A DNA stretch of 39,164 bases from Victivallales bacterium (GTDB taxonomy: Bacteria > Verrucomicrobiota > Lentisphaeria > Victivallales > GWF2-50-93), in the NCBI GenBank assembly GCA_041662825.1, contig JBAZRS010000001.1, forward strand, positions 1 through 39,164, read 5' to 3'. The position numbers were made by a program, and so were the translations under genes. Of this stretch, positions 1 through 8,824 are shown piece by piece (position 1 is the first letter of the stretch; each line of letters starts with the position of its first letter). The notes under the pieces are model-generated. The model did not search any database. It was not told where the DNA came from and saw nothing but the letters and a program-made list of their open reading frames with translations.

Positions 1-231
1 GACGGCCAGAAGATGAACACGCAGGAAAAGCAGTTTGCGCAGTCCCTGGCATGGGACAAGGAAAGCCTGGCAAAGCGGCTCGGAGAAGAAAGATACAGAA
101 CGGATCAGATGATCGGCGCGGCAGGGACGGGAGATCGGAACGCAACCTTTTCAAACCTATTGAACTCGGCGGCGACGCTGGGTCAAATAGGTTTGCTTAA
201 AAAATACGGTTATTTCGACAGGAGGGTATGA
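1..231 (+). CDS. virion-associated protein, 5' end probably cut by the window edge; paralog of the N-terminus of the next ORF
   Basis: The frame is open from nt 1 (DGQK precedes the first Met at 13). The motif QEKQFAQSLA..KESLA..LGE.RY.TD recurs in ORF 228-1124. The stop overlaps the next start (ATGA). Confidence 0.5.
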   Translation, partial: DGQKMNTQEKQFAQSLAWDKESLAKRLGEERYRTDQMIGAAGTGDRNATFSNLLNSAATLGQIGLLKKYGYFDRRV

Positions 232-1124
232 TGGCCGTTTTATCTTCCATCCCGTTTTTATCACAGGCTCGCAGGATCAGCCAGCTAAGAGGCGTTCCGT
301 TTCAGAACCGGGACGCGCTGAATATACAGGGCGCATGGTTGCAGAACGCCGGGGATCAGGCCATTGAGGACCGGGCCTTAGCGACGCAGGAAAAGCAGTT
401 TGCGGAAAGCCTTGCATCCTCGAAAGAGAACCTTGCGGCTCAGTTAGGAGAGTCCAGATATCAGACCGACAAGCAGATCGAGGCCGGGAAAGAATCAGCA
501 AGTAAAGGCATGACCTCAAATCTGCTATCCACCGGCGCGAGCCTTGTGGGAACCTATCTGATGTCAAAGGGCCTGCCTTCTCTTGGATTATTGGGGGCCA
601 GCGCAGCTCCGGCAGCATATAGCGCGACACCCGCCATTGTGGGTTCCGGGGCAACGGTAGCAGCGCCGACGGTGGCAGCAACCGGGGCAGAAACCGCGGC
701 GGCAACCGGGGCCGGTGCCGGAATGGGCGTAAGCTCACTATACGCGGGGGTTCCTGCCCTTGCGATTGCGGCAGGCCATACACTTGCGACGATTGCCAAA
801 AAGAACTTTGCGGGCGGGGATGCCATAAATTACGAACCAAACGCCATGAGATATTTTCAAGAGGACTACCGCAGATGGTCCGACATGCGAAGGGCGGAAG
901 GCAAACCAGTGCCGTCCTTTAATGAATTTGCAACAAAGATCGGCGGACCACTCCGGGAAGGCTACAAGGACATAGATACCATCCCGCGCACCATGTATGG
1001 ATCGGCCTATGAACGTGCGGAAGAGGGATTCATGCCCTTCAGCCCGTACAATATCAATGAAAAATTAACACCGGATGAATATGAAAAAAGGTCTTCACTT
1101 CTCAGTGAGATAGGAGGTCTATAA
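228..1124 (+). CDS. Gly/Ala-rich hydrophobic virion or ejection-type protein (298 aa)
   Basis: Long ORF translationally coupled to both neighbours. It has a central A/G/T/V-rich hydrophobic tract (GASAAPAAYSATPAIVGSGATVAAPTVAATGAE...) typical of internal or ejection proteins. Function is inferred from context only. Confidence 0.5.
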   Translation: MMAVLSSIPFLSQARRISQLRGVPFQNRDALNIQGAWLQNAGDQAIEDRALATQEKQFAESLASSKENLAAQLGESRYQTDKQIEAGKESASKGMTSNLLSTGASLVGTYLMSKGLPSLGLLGASAAPAAYSATPAIVGSGATVAAPTVAATGAETAAATGAGAGMGVSSLYAGVPALAIAAGHTLATIAKKNFAGGDAINYEPNAMRYFQEDYRRWSDMRRAEGKPVPSFNEFATKIGGPLREGYKDIDTIPRTMYGSAYERAEEGFMPFSPYNINEKLTPDEYEKRSSLLSEIGGL

Positions 1125-1125
1125 A

Positions 1126-2580
1126 ATGTCAAATCCTTATTCGACAGGGACATGGATGCCGGACTTTTCAAAAACCATTTTGCCTATCGCTGGAATGGTT
1201 ATGAACCGACAATCTCATCTTGACGACATAGATATGCGAAAACAGGCGCTGCAACAGGCGGCAAATCAGTTCAATGTGACCAGCGCAGAGGCGGCAAGGG
1301 GGCATGATCTCACGGCAGAGGGGCAGAACCTTCAAGCCTTTGGAAACCGGACGCCACAGCCGGGGGCAATGTCATTAAAGCAGCAGGAGTTAATGACGAA
1401 AACCGATCCTGACAAGATGATTTTCAATCCCTCTGACATGGTGAAAATCAACGTCGCCACGCAAAAGAAATTTGGAAAGGCCGTTTCCGATGCGCTGAAG
1501 CCTGTGTTTGAATACGGCAACAGCATTGCGGAGAAACCGACATCGACACGGGCCGATGCGCTCGTAAATATGAAAGGCGTTTGGCCGCAGCTACGTGAAG
1601 AGGTCTTGAATAATCTGAAAAAGGTTGATCCGTCAAAACTCAGCATGCAGGAACAGGAACAGTTTTATCAATACATGGATGCGATCACCTACGACAAGAC
1701 CGGGGAGCTGCATCTTGACAAGGGATTTTTCTCAAATACCGCAAAGGCGATTCAAGACCGGGAGGCGAACACACGCGCCGCCCTGCAAGCAAATAAACCT
1801 GATTTTTCTCATAATGTGATTGAGGTCCCGACACCGGACGGAAAAAGCGCACAAAAATTTCAATATAATACAGTAACAAAACAATACGACATTCCCATTG
1901 GGACGGGGCCATATCTTGTTAAAAGTCAGGTCCCCAATGTAAACGTCAAGGTGAACGCCCCCGATAATAATCAGGTTGAAACCCTTGCAAGGGGTATTCT
2001 TGACGGTTCCGTTGATCCGAATGGAATCTCTAAGCGGGGCAATTTGCAAGGCTCTGTCTGGACCAGAGTAAAAGAGATCGACCCGACATTTAATATTGTG
2101 AAGGCTGGCGCTGGCGCTAAGTTTGAATCGGCCAGCCCTACAATGCAGACGAAAGCATTATTGAACGCCATAGACCCGTTGTTGGATAATCTTAAAAAGG
2201 CCGGCGAGAAACTCACGGACACAGGAAGCCCGGCCCTTAATGCTCCGATGCAATGGGCACAGAAGAACATCTTGCCTGACCAATTAGGCGGCGTAGATGT
2301 AACGGCATTTGACAACCTCAGGGATGACACCATTGCAGAGGTTGAACGCGGACTTCTGAATACGGGCGTTCTTTCTGACAGCAAGTATTTACGGGCCGTC
2401 AAAAACCTGAATACAGCGCAAACCCAAAAACAGCGAATGGCAGCGATTGATAATATCAAAATCGTTATCAAGGCACGACTTGAATCGTTGGCATCGGGAC
2501 CGAATGCACCGGCCCAGGGCGGAACACCACAGCGCAGGGCAACCGATAAAACAGACGATCCGCTCGGAATCAGGAGATAA
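1126..2580 (+). CDS. hypothetical virion protein (484 aa)
   Basis: Long ORF starting 2 nt after the previous stop, preceded by GGAGG, within a co-oriented late operon. No motif recognised. Confidence 0.55.
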   Translation: MSNPYSTGTWMPDFSKTILPIAGMVMNRQSHLDDIDMRKQALQQAANQFNVTSAEAARGHDLTAEGQNLQAFGNRTPQPGAMSLKQQELMTKTDPDKMIFNPSDMVKINVATQKKFGKAVSDALKPVFEYGNSIAEKPTSTRADALVNMKGVWPQLREEVLNNLKKVDPSKLSMQEQEQFYQYMDAITYDKTGELHLDKGFFSNTAKAIQDREANTRAALQANKPDFSHNVIEVPTPDGKSAQKFQYNTVTKQYDIPIGTGPYLVKSQVPNVNVKVNAPDNNQVETLARGILDGSVDPNGISKRGNLQGSVWTRVKEIDPTFNIVKAGAGAKFESASPTMQTKALLNAIDPLLDNLKKAGEKLTDTGSPALNAPMQWAQKNILPDQLGGVDVTAFDNLRDDTIAEVERGLLNTGVLSDSKYLRAVKNLNTAQTQKQRMAAIDNIKIVIKARLESLASGPNAPAQGGTPQRRATDKTDDPLGIRR

Positions 2581-2583
2581 ACG

Positions 2584-5184
2584 ATGAATATTTCCGAAAT
2601 CAGACAAAAATATCCACAATATAACGATATGTCTGACCGCCAGATTGCAGAGGGAATGCACAAAGCGCATTACTCGGATATGTCATTTCGGGAATTTTCA
2701 CAGAAGATCGGATTTAATGAACGAGTGGCGCAACCGGCAGCCCCAGAAGAAAAAGGATTTGCCAGCAATGTCAATGAGGCACTTGTTAAACGCGGCGTAA
2801 ATATATCTGACGAACTGACCCCGGCAACCGATGAAGGAATCGGCACAACCCTATTGAAAGCACCTGAAAGGGCGCTCAGAACGACAGGACAGATTGCGGG
2901 ACTTGTCGGCGACGTTGGAGGGGAAGCCATAAAGAGCATTTACAAAACCGTCATGCCGGAAGGCGCACAGGAATCTATAAAGACGAGCGTCAAGGACATC
3001 CTTAAAACTCCGATTGGAGAAATGGGCGTCAATGCAGCGAAATCAGGTTATGAGGCATATCAGGGATTCAAAAAAGAATATCCGAATGTTGCCAAAGACC
3101 TTGAGGCCACCGTGAATATTGCAACCCTATTTCCTATTGGCAAGGCGGCAAAGGGAGCGGCGGCGGCGGGCAAGGAGGCCGTGAATATCGGCCGGGATGT
3201 TATGACGATAGTAAAGGCAAAGACGCCCTCCATGCTTGACAAGGAACTGACCACGGCAATTACAAAGGGGATTGAAAAATCAATCAGACCCACCGTGGTA
3301 GGGAAGCGAACCGCCTCACAAATGAAGAACTATTTTGACAGGGCAAAAACCGCCGTCAAGACCATCATCGAAAATAAAGATAATCTCATGCTATCAGACG
3401 CTGAAGGCGGTATCGTCAAGGGATTGCCGAAAACAATAAAGCAATTTTCCGAGGCCATAGAACAGACAAAACGATCCGTTTTTAAACAATATGACGACAT
3501 GGCAAGGACGGCAGGCGGCAAGGGTGTTGAGGTTGATCTATCCCCCGCAGTACGTGAGCTGGAATCGCTGGGCGGCAATAAAGTCCTGACCGACATGAGC
3601 CCAGAAATAGCCGAATACGCCTTGAAGCGGGCGGAGGCGCTGTCAAGCCGTGGCGTTTATACGACCGCAGAGGCGCAGGACGCCATTACACACCTGAATA
3701 AAAGCCTCGAATCGTTTTATAAAAATCCATCCTATGAAACAGCAAACCGCGCTGGTGTTGACGCCCTCATTGTCAACAACATCCGAAAGTCTCTGGATAA
3801 TGCCATTGAGGGAGCCGCAGGGCAGGGCTATCAGGACTTAAAGCGAACATACGGGGCATTGAAAGCCCTTGAAAAAGACGTCTCACATAGGGCTGTTGTG
3901 GATGCCCGGAAAAACGCAAAGGGACTTCTGGATTTTACCGACGTCCTGACATCCGGTGAACTCCTCGGCGGATTATTGACCATGAATCCCACAATGGCCG
4001 CAACCGGCTTTTTTGGAAGGATGGTCAAGGGATTCTATAAGCGACTGAACGACCCAAACCGTACCGTCAAGGGGATGTTTGCCGATGCTGAGGCTATCAT
4101 AAACCGCAAACCAGTGAGGGCAGCAGACATGCGAAGCGCCACCGGAAGGGCGGTAGGCGCGTTTCTTTCACCAGCAGACGAAACCATCACGGCGGGCACC
4201 GGACGCATGGGGCCGATACCGGCGGGGGCAAACGCAGAGCGTGGATTAGGACCTGTCCGAAGTGGCATAGCTCAGGGCGAACCATACGGACCATCTTCGG
4301 CGCGACTTGTAAGCCCGAAGCAATTACCGGCAGGCCAGGGCTTTGAATTGAGGCAATCAGACATCATCGATGTTCCTTTTACTTCAAGGGAAAGGCCCAC
4401 GCTGAGACTTCCCGATGCCGAACAACGATCAGCGCCGAAACTGTTACCAGCGGGACAGGGATTTGAACTTGTCAAACAGAAAGCAGCAACGGACACGGTA
4501 AAGCAACAGGCAAAGGAAGCCGCAAGCATCGAAACATGGTTGCAGAAAAACAAGGCCATGAAGGGAACGCCCATGTATCGGGAAAACGAGGCGGCGGCGA
4601 AAATAGCAAAACAGAAAATGACCACAGGCGGACCACAGGGTGTAATTGGATACATTAAAGAAATGGGCGGCATGGACCTGTCAAGAGATTATAGGCAAAT
4701 AGGTGAATATCCAGACCTAAAAAGAGTCCACAAAAAAGGCGCAAAAGGCCCGGATGAATGGGCGAATATTCTAAAAGACGAAGGCTTTGTCGGCTTTGAT
4801 TCCGGCGATGATCTTGTTGAAATGATAAAAGAGGGCAAGGCAAGAAATATCTTTACTCCTGAAAAACGGGATGCTAAAATACAATCACAAATAAGGAAAC
4901 TTGAAAATGAAAACATCGCTAATCAGCTCGCCACCCTTGCAGAAAAAGAAGGAATTGACGCCAGAGCAGCAAGAGAAATTCTACCAACTCACCAAAAACG
5001 CCTTATTGACGAGATTACAACAGAAGGGCTTATTGACCCCGCAAACGAAGAAGCCGCATTAAAAGAAATTAGCGACTTTTTCGGATCAGCAGCAAAACCA
5101 TCAAAGAAAAAACCAAAAGTAATAATCAAGGGAAACGCACGCCTTGAGGCACCCGGAAACATATCTATGTCCGGGAAAAGGTAA
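2584..5184 (+). CDS. large virion protein, internal/ejection-type candidate (866 aa)
   Basis: Longest ORF in the window and tightly packed with its neighbours. It has an internal 40-aa-spaced repeat PK(Q/L)LPAGQGFEL and a Lys-rich C-terminus. Confidence 0.55.
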   Translation: MNISEIRQKYPQYNDMSDRQIAEGMHKAHYSDMSFREFSQKIGFNERVAQPAAPEEKGFASNVNEALVKRGVNISDELTPATDEGIGTTLLKAPERALRTTGQIAGLVGDVGGEAIKSIYKTVMPEGAQESIKTSVKDILKTPIGEMGVNAAKSGYEAYQGFKKEYPNVAKDLEATVNIATLFPIGKAAKGAAAAGKEAVNIGRDVMTIVKAKTPSMLDKELTTAITKGIEKSIRPTVVGKRTASQMKNYFDRAKTAVKTIIENKDNLMLSDAEGGIVKGLPKTIKQFSEAIEQTKRSVFKQYDDMARTAGGKGVEVDLSPAVRELESLGGNKVLTDMSPEIAEYALKRAEALSSRGVYTTAEAQDAITHLNKSLESFYKNPSYETANRAGVDALIVNNIRKSLDNAIEGAAGQGYQDLKRTYGALKALEKDVSHRAVVDARKNAKGLLDFTDVLTSGELLGGLLTMNPTMAATGFFGRMVKGFYKRLNDPNRTVKGMFADAEAIINRKPVRAADMRSATGRAVGAFLSPADETITAGTGRMGPIPAGANAERGLGPVRSGIAQGEPYGPSSARLVSPKQLPAGQGFELRQSDIIDVPFTSRERPTLRLPDAEQRSAPKLLPAGQGFELVKQKAATDTVKQQAKEAASIETWLQKNKAMKGTPMYRENEAAAKIAKQKMTTGGPQGVIGYIKEMGGMDLSRDYRQIGEYPDLKRVHKKGAKGPDEWANILKDEGFVGFDSGDDLVEMIKEGKARNIFTPEKRDAKIQSQIRKLENENIANQLATLAEKEGIDARAAREILPTHQKRLIDEITTEGLIDPANEEAALKEISDFFGSAAKPSKKKPKVIIKGNARLEAPGNISMSGKR

Positions 5185-5230
5185 CGGTATAATTATGCAA
5201 ACAAAACAGACATATTCTAAGGAGGGCAAG

Positions 5231-5590
5231 ATGAAAAAGATTTTCTGCATAGCGGCAATCCTGTTGATGCTGGCGGGTTCTGCATGGGGTATCGAATGGA
5301 ACCGGCACAGCGAACAGACGGCAACGGCGGCCATTACAACGGCATCGGGGTATTTCGGCGGCGTCATACTCGCCACGGACGGCACCAACAACGTCACGAT
5401 CAGCGTCTATGACAACGCATCGGCGGCCAGCGGGACTAAATTGCTACCGACGACGGTTGTCACGACATCGGCGGCGAATCGCTCAACGGCGATTGACGTC
5501 AATCCCGCAGTAAGGTTTTACAACGGAATCTATGTTGAAATCACCTGTGCCGGGACGGTAACTTATCACGTGCATTATGTGAACGATTAA
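5231..5590 (+). CDS. small secreted beta-rich protein (signal peptide)
   Basis: AAGGAGG lies 5 nt upstream of the ATG at 5231. The N-terminus MKKIFCIAAILLMLAGSAWG|I has a Sec-type n/h/c architecture. The longer start at 5144 overlaps the preceding gene and was rejected. Confidence 0.6.
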   Translation: MKKIFCIAAILLMLAGSAWGIEWNRHSEQTATAAITTASGYFGGVILATDGTNNVTISVYDNASAASGTKLLPTTVVTTSAANRSTAIDVNPAVRFYNGIYVEITCAGTVTYHVHYVND

Positions 5591-5600
5591 GGGGGATGCC

Positions 5601-6407
5601 ATGAAAAAGCGAATCATTTTAACATCGATCATCCTTGTGATGCTGACGGCGTTTTTCGCCACAGCGGGACCGCGAATCACGCAACAGAACAGCTATGCTC
5701 CGGGATCCGTGGCGATCACCGGCGGGACGATTACCGGCCTAACAAATCTTGTTTCTTCGGGCGGATCGCTTTCCGGGTTCACCTTATTGAGCGGCAACAC
5801 GATCACGGGAACGGGACTCGCGCCCTCGAAGGCTGTTGTAACAAACGCATCGAAAAACCTCGCCTCGTCTGACGACATAACGGCTTTCGTAACTGCGGCA
5901 TCGGCTACCACAGCCGGGAAGGTTGAACTTGCCACAGAAGCTGAGGCCATTTTGACGTCGATGAATACGGTGGCCGTTACCCCTGAAGGGCTTGTCGGCA
6001 AGCTGGCATCTCCGGGCGCCATAGGGGGCACCACGGCGGGAACGCTCAGATATATATTGGATGAAGATGTTGTAACTTCATCTTCGACCCTGACGGTCAA
6101 TCAGGTTAGTGGGGCGCTGATTAACAATTATGGTCAGGCCGACGACACGGTTATCTACCTTCCCACGGCGGCGGCGGGTTATAACTTCACGGCAATTATC
6201 GGTCAGACCGTGGCAAAGTATTTGCGCATCCGGGCAGGCGCGGCGGATAAAATATATCTGGACGGCGCGGCGGGCAACGACTCCGGGTATGTTTATGTGT
6301 CTTATACCACCATCGGTAACGCCCTGTCCTGTGTAGCATTCCAGACAGACGCTTATGATTGGTACTGCGCGACAATATCCGGGGCGTGGGCGGCAGGAGG
6401 TCCGTAA
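5601..6407 (+). CDS. tail-fibre-like protein with N-terminal signal peptide
   Basis: RBS GGGGGA. The N-terminus MKKRIILTSIILVMLTAFFATA|G has an A-x-A cleavage motif. The motif AGKVELATEAEAI....VAVTPEGL resembles the conserved phage tail-fibre motif. Confidence 0.6.
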   Translation: MKKRIILTSIILVMLTAFFATAGPRITQQNSYAPGSVAITGGTITGLTNLVSSGGSLSGFTLLSGNTITGTGLAPSKAVVTNASKNLASSDDITAFVTAASATTAGKVELATEAEAILTSMNTVAVTPEGLVGKLASPGAIGGTTAGTLRYILDEDVVTSSSTLTVNQVSGALINNYGQADDTVIYLPTAAAGYNFTAIIGQTVAKYLRIRAGAADKIYLDGAAGNDSGYVYVSYTTIGNALSCVAFQTDAYDWYCATISGAWAAGGP

Positions 6408-6409
6408 CT

Positions 6410-7240
6410 ATGAGAACACGAATTTCAATAGCGATTGCGGCGTTATTTCTGTTTATATCGACTGAGGCGCTGGCGCTGCCGTTTGCAAGGGTAGGCATAC
6501 GACCCGAGACAGCCACCCAGCGGAATAGAATTATCGCAGACGGGGGCACCATCATTGATCTGAATTTTACAAATACCTTTATTCGCAGAACGAAAGAGCT
6601 TGGTATCTACACCTCCTGCAAGTTTTTAGGCGATGCTAATATGGCCTACAAACAAGGAGCCACAGGGGTTACTACATTCTACGACAAATCGGGGACTGGC
6701 AATGATTTAGTGCAGGGTACGGCGATTAATCAACCCACCTGGACGGCGGGTCAGCAAAACGGAAGGGCCGGGATAGTTTTTGATGGTTCAAGATGGGTAG
6801 CAAAGACCCTTGTTGCTGCCGTGGATATGCCGTTTACGATAATTTCCGTATCGAAAGTAACAACATTTGAGGATTACGGCATTGTATATGCGGCTACTGG
6901 TTCCGCTGGCCCCCAATTATTTTCGTTCGTCGCGCCCTCATTGTCTCTAAGCGATGGCTCCACAGTAGCCACTGGCATCACAACGACTCAATATGATTTA
7001 ATCACCACAGAATGGAACGGGGCTACATCGAAACTGGCTGTTAATGGAGCGGCATACAGCAATGTAAATGTTGGCACCAATCACAGTTCGGCCACTGCAT
7101 TGTCTATTGGAGCATATACAACGCCCGCTTATGGACTAAAAGGAGGCGTGACATCACTGTTTCTTTTTAGCGGCTCCCTTACTACGGCTCAAAAAGTTGC
7201 AATGGAAAATTTGGTAAATTCTTACTACCAAATATATTAG
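6410..7240 (+). CDS. LamG/concanavalin-like domain protein with signal peptide (receptor-binding candidate)
   Basis: AGGAGG RBS before the ATG at 6410. N-terminus MRTRISIAIAALFLFISTEALA|L. The stretch DKSGTGNDLVQGTAINQPTWT..NGRAGIVFDGS is typical of Laminin_G_3-like phage fibre domains. Confidence 0.55.
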   Translation: MRTRISIAIAALFLFISTEALALPFARVGIRPETATQRNRIIADGGTIIDLNFTNTFIRRTKELGIYTSCKFLGDANMAYKQGATGVTTFYDKSGTGNDLVQGTAINQPTWTAGQQNGRAGIVFDGSRWVAKTLVAAVDMPFTIISVSKVTTFEDYGIVYAATGSAGPQLFSFVAPSLSLSDGSTVATGITTTQYDLITTEWNGATSKLAVNGAAYSNVNVGTNHSSATALSIGAYTTPAYGLKGGVTSLFLFSGSLTTAQKVAMENLVNSYYQIY

Positions 7241-7247
7241 GAGTATT

Positions 7248-7910
7248 ATGAGGTTACAGGATTTAACAGGTAAACGTTATGGGAGGTTGACCGTAAAAAG
7301 TCGTGATACGAATTGCGGCAAGCATGTCAAATGGGTTTGTCTTTGTGATTGCGGAAATGAAAAAACAATTTTTGCCATGAACCTAAAACGGGGCCTTACA
7401 ACTTCGTGTGGTTGCTTTCGTAAAGAGAATATCCACAACCCCCTTAAACATGGTCTTACCGGTACCCGTATTTACAATATTTATCATGGCATGATTGCCC
7501 GATGTTGCTCAATTCAAGAAAATAATGAGGCATATCCCTATTATCGTGGAAAGGGGATTGAGGTTTGTAACGAATGGCGTTCAGACATTAAAAACTTTTA
7601 TTCATGGGCTATGGCGAATGGCTATGATGAATCTTTGACGATTGACCGGATAGATAATGACGGAAATTATGAGCCATCTAATTGTCGGTGGATACCCATT
7701 GGCGAACAGTCAAAGAATACATCTTCTAATCACAATATCACATTTCAAGATGAAACCATGACTATGAGTGATTGGGCAAGAAAGAAAGGATTAAAAATTA
7801 GTACGTTTTGTGCGCGGTTAAAAAAGGGATGGAGCAAGGAAGAAGCTCTGACAATACCCTTACTAAATCATTCTCAAAGTGGATTGGGTAGGTACTACGC
7901 GATATATTGA
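7248..7910 (+). CDS. HNH_3/AP2-like homing-endonuclease-type protein
   Basis: N-terminus RYGRLTV....W.C.CDCGNE....L..G...SCGC. Also YRGKGIEVCNEW...F..WA..NGY and SLTIDRIDNDGNYEPSNCRW. It is visibly more AT-rich than the flanking genes. Confidence 0.6.
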   Translation: MRLQDLTGKRYGRLTVKSRDTNCGKHVKWVCLCDCGNEKTIFAMNLKRGLTTSCGCFRKENIHNPLKHGLTGTRIYNIYHGMIARCCSIQENNEAYPYYRGKGIEVCNEWRSDIKNFYSWAMANGYDESLTIDRIDNDGNYEPSNCRWIPIGEQSKNTSSNHNITFQDETMTMSDWARKKGLKISTFCARLKKGWSKEEALTIPLLNHSQSGLGRYYAIY

Positions 7911-7943
7911 TTTCCGCCAATTAAATAGTGAAGGAGAACGCGA

Positions 7944-8213
7944 ATGGCAAACGGCGACAGCTTCAAAGACTTTAACAACTTCAAGCGGGTACTGATGGGC
8001 GTGGTTGTCCTCATCGTCGTGGGTTGGTTAGGCTGGGTTTCCCTGTGTGCTGTTGCCGCCGATAGGGAGGTGGCGGTGCTTAAATCAACCATCACGTACA
8101 TCAAGCAAGACGTTCAGGAATTAAAAACGGACACGAAATCAGTTTTCGGGCTTGTAACGGCGATAAGAGACGACCAAATCCGCCGGGAGCGAAGAGAGAA
8201 CAGGCGCAGATGA
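7944..8213 (+). CDS. N-terminally anchored membrane protein with coiled coil (holin or i-spanin candidate)
   Basis: AAGGAG RBS. One TM segment (VLMGVVVLIVVGWLGWVSLCAV), then a helical region with an Arg-rich tail. It lies directly upstream of the endolysin. Confidence 0.5.
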   Translation: MANGDSFKDFNNFKRVLMGVVVLIVVGWLGWVSLCAVAADREVAVLKSTITYIKQDVQELKTDTKSVFGLVTAIRDDQIRRERRENRRR

Positions 8214-8320
8214 AAACAATCAATCACATTTTCGCTTTTATCTTTTTGGGAATCGGGATGGCCTTTGCTTACGCAGCCATGGGGTTTACCTATATCGGCC
8301 AATGCTTCACGGAGGAATAA
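8210..8320 (+). CDS. 36-aa hydrophobic peptide (lysis-cassette membrane protein candidate)
   Basis: Not in the ORF track because it is under 60 aa. Its ATG overlaps the previous stop (ATGA) and its stop abuts the endolysin ATG at 8321. Sequence: MKTINHIFAFIFLGIGMAFAYAAMGFTYIGQCFTEE. Confidence 0.4.
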   Translation: MKTINHIFAFIFLGIGMAFAYAAMGFTYIGQCFTEE

Positions 8321-8803
8321 ATGCCGAGCAGGAAAATGAAAACATCCGATCTGAAAAAATTGCTCTATTCTACCTTCGGGGATCTTCGCGACGATCAATT
8401 ATTGGGCCTTGTGGACTATGGAGAATCCAGGGGGGAGCCGCGAGAAGGCCAGATAGCCGTCGGCACCGTTATTCTTGAGCGCGTCGATCACCGGGATTGG
8501 GACGGCAAAACGATCAAGGAGGTCTGCCTTTTGCCTTATCAGTTTTCATGCCTGCTGCCCGACGATCCGAATTTCAAACAGCTAGCCCTGATCGCTTCGG
8601 GCTTCGAGGCGGCTCTGATGAAATCATCGGTTTTGACGGGATGCCATGAAATTGCAAAGGGCCTGCTTGACGGCACGATTCCGAGGAATCCACTTTTGGC
8701 AGAACATCACTGCATGCAATACAAAGTGGTAGGCTGCAAGGCTGCATGGGCAGATAAGATGCGACTGATTTTAATAATCGGTCACCACGAGTTTTATGTG
8801 TGA
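8321..8803 (+). CDS. endolysin, SleB-like cell-wall hydrolase (Hydrolase_2 type)
   Basis: The motif GESRGEPREGQIAVGTVILERV....WDGKTIKEVCLLPYQFSC matches the SleB/Hydrolase_2 signature (GE.RGE...G..AV..VI.NR...P.QFS). Confidence 0.8.
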   Translation: MPSRKMKTSDLKKLLYSTFGDLRDDQLLGLVDYGESRGEPREGQIAVGTVILERVDHRDWDGKTIKEVCLLPYQFSCLLPDDPNFKQLALIASGFEAALMKSSVLTGCHEIAKGLLDGTIPRNPLLAEHHCMQYKVVGCKAAWADKMRLILIIGHHEFYV

Positions 8804-8824
8804 TCCGATAGAAAGGAGGGCACT

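Noticed and set aside
1971-2663. 230-aa minus-strand ORF, and other antisense ORFs inside 228-5184
   Set aside because: They are antisense to long, tightly coupled + strand virion genes and have shadow-frame composition rich in Ser, Arg and Cys.
2584-5184. The 866-aa ORF as a tail tape-measure protein
   Set aside because: There is no adjacent tail-tube gene, and no chaperone pair with a slippery frameshift site or sheath gene. The sequence has globular-looking N-terminal regions and a disordered P/G-rich segment rather than a continuous helical ruler. It is left as an ejection-type candidate with modest confidence.
5188-5193. TATAAT hexamer upstream of the first signal-peptide gene, as a late promoter
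   Set aside because: There is no acceptable -35 element or TGn extension at the right spacing, so the isolated hexamer could be chance.
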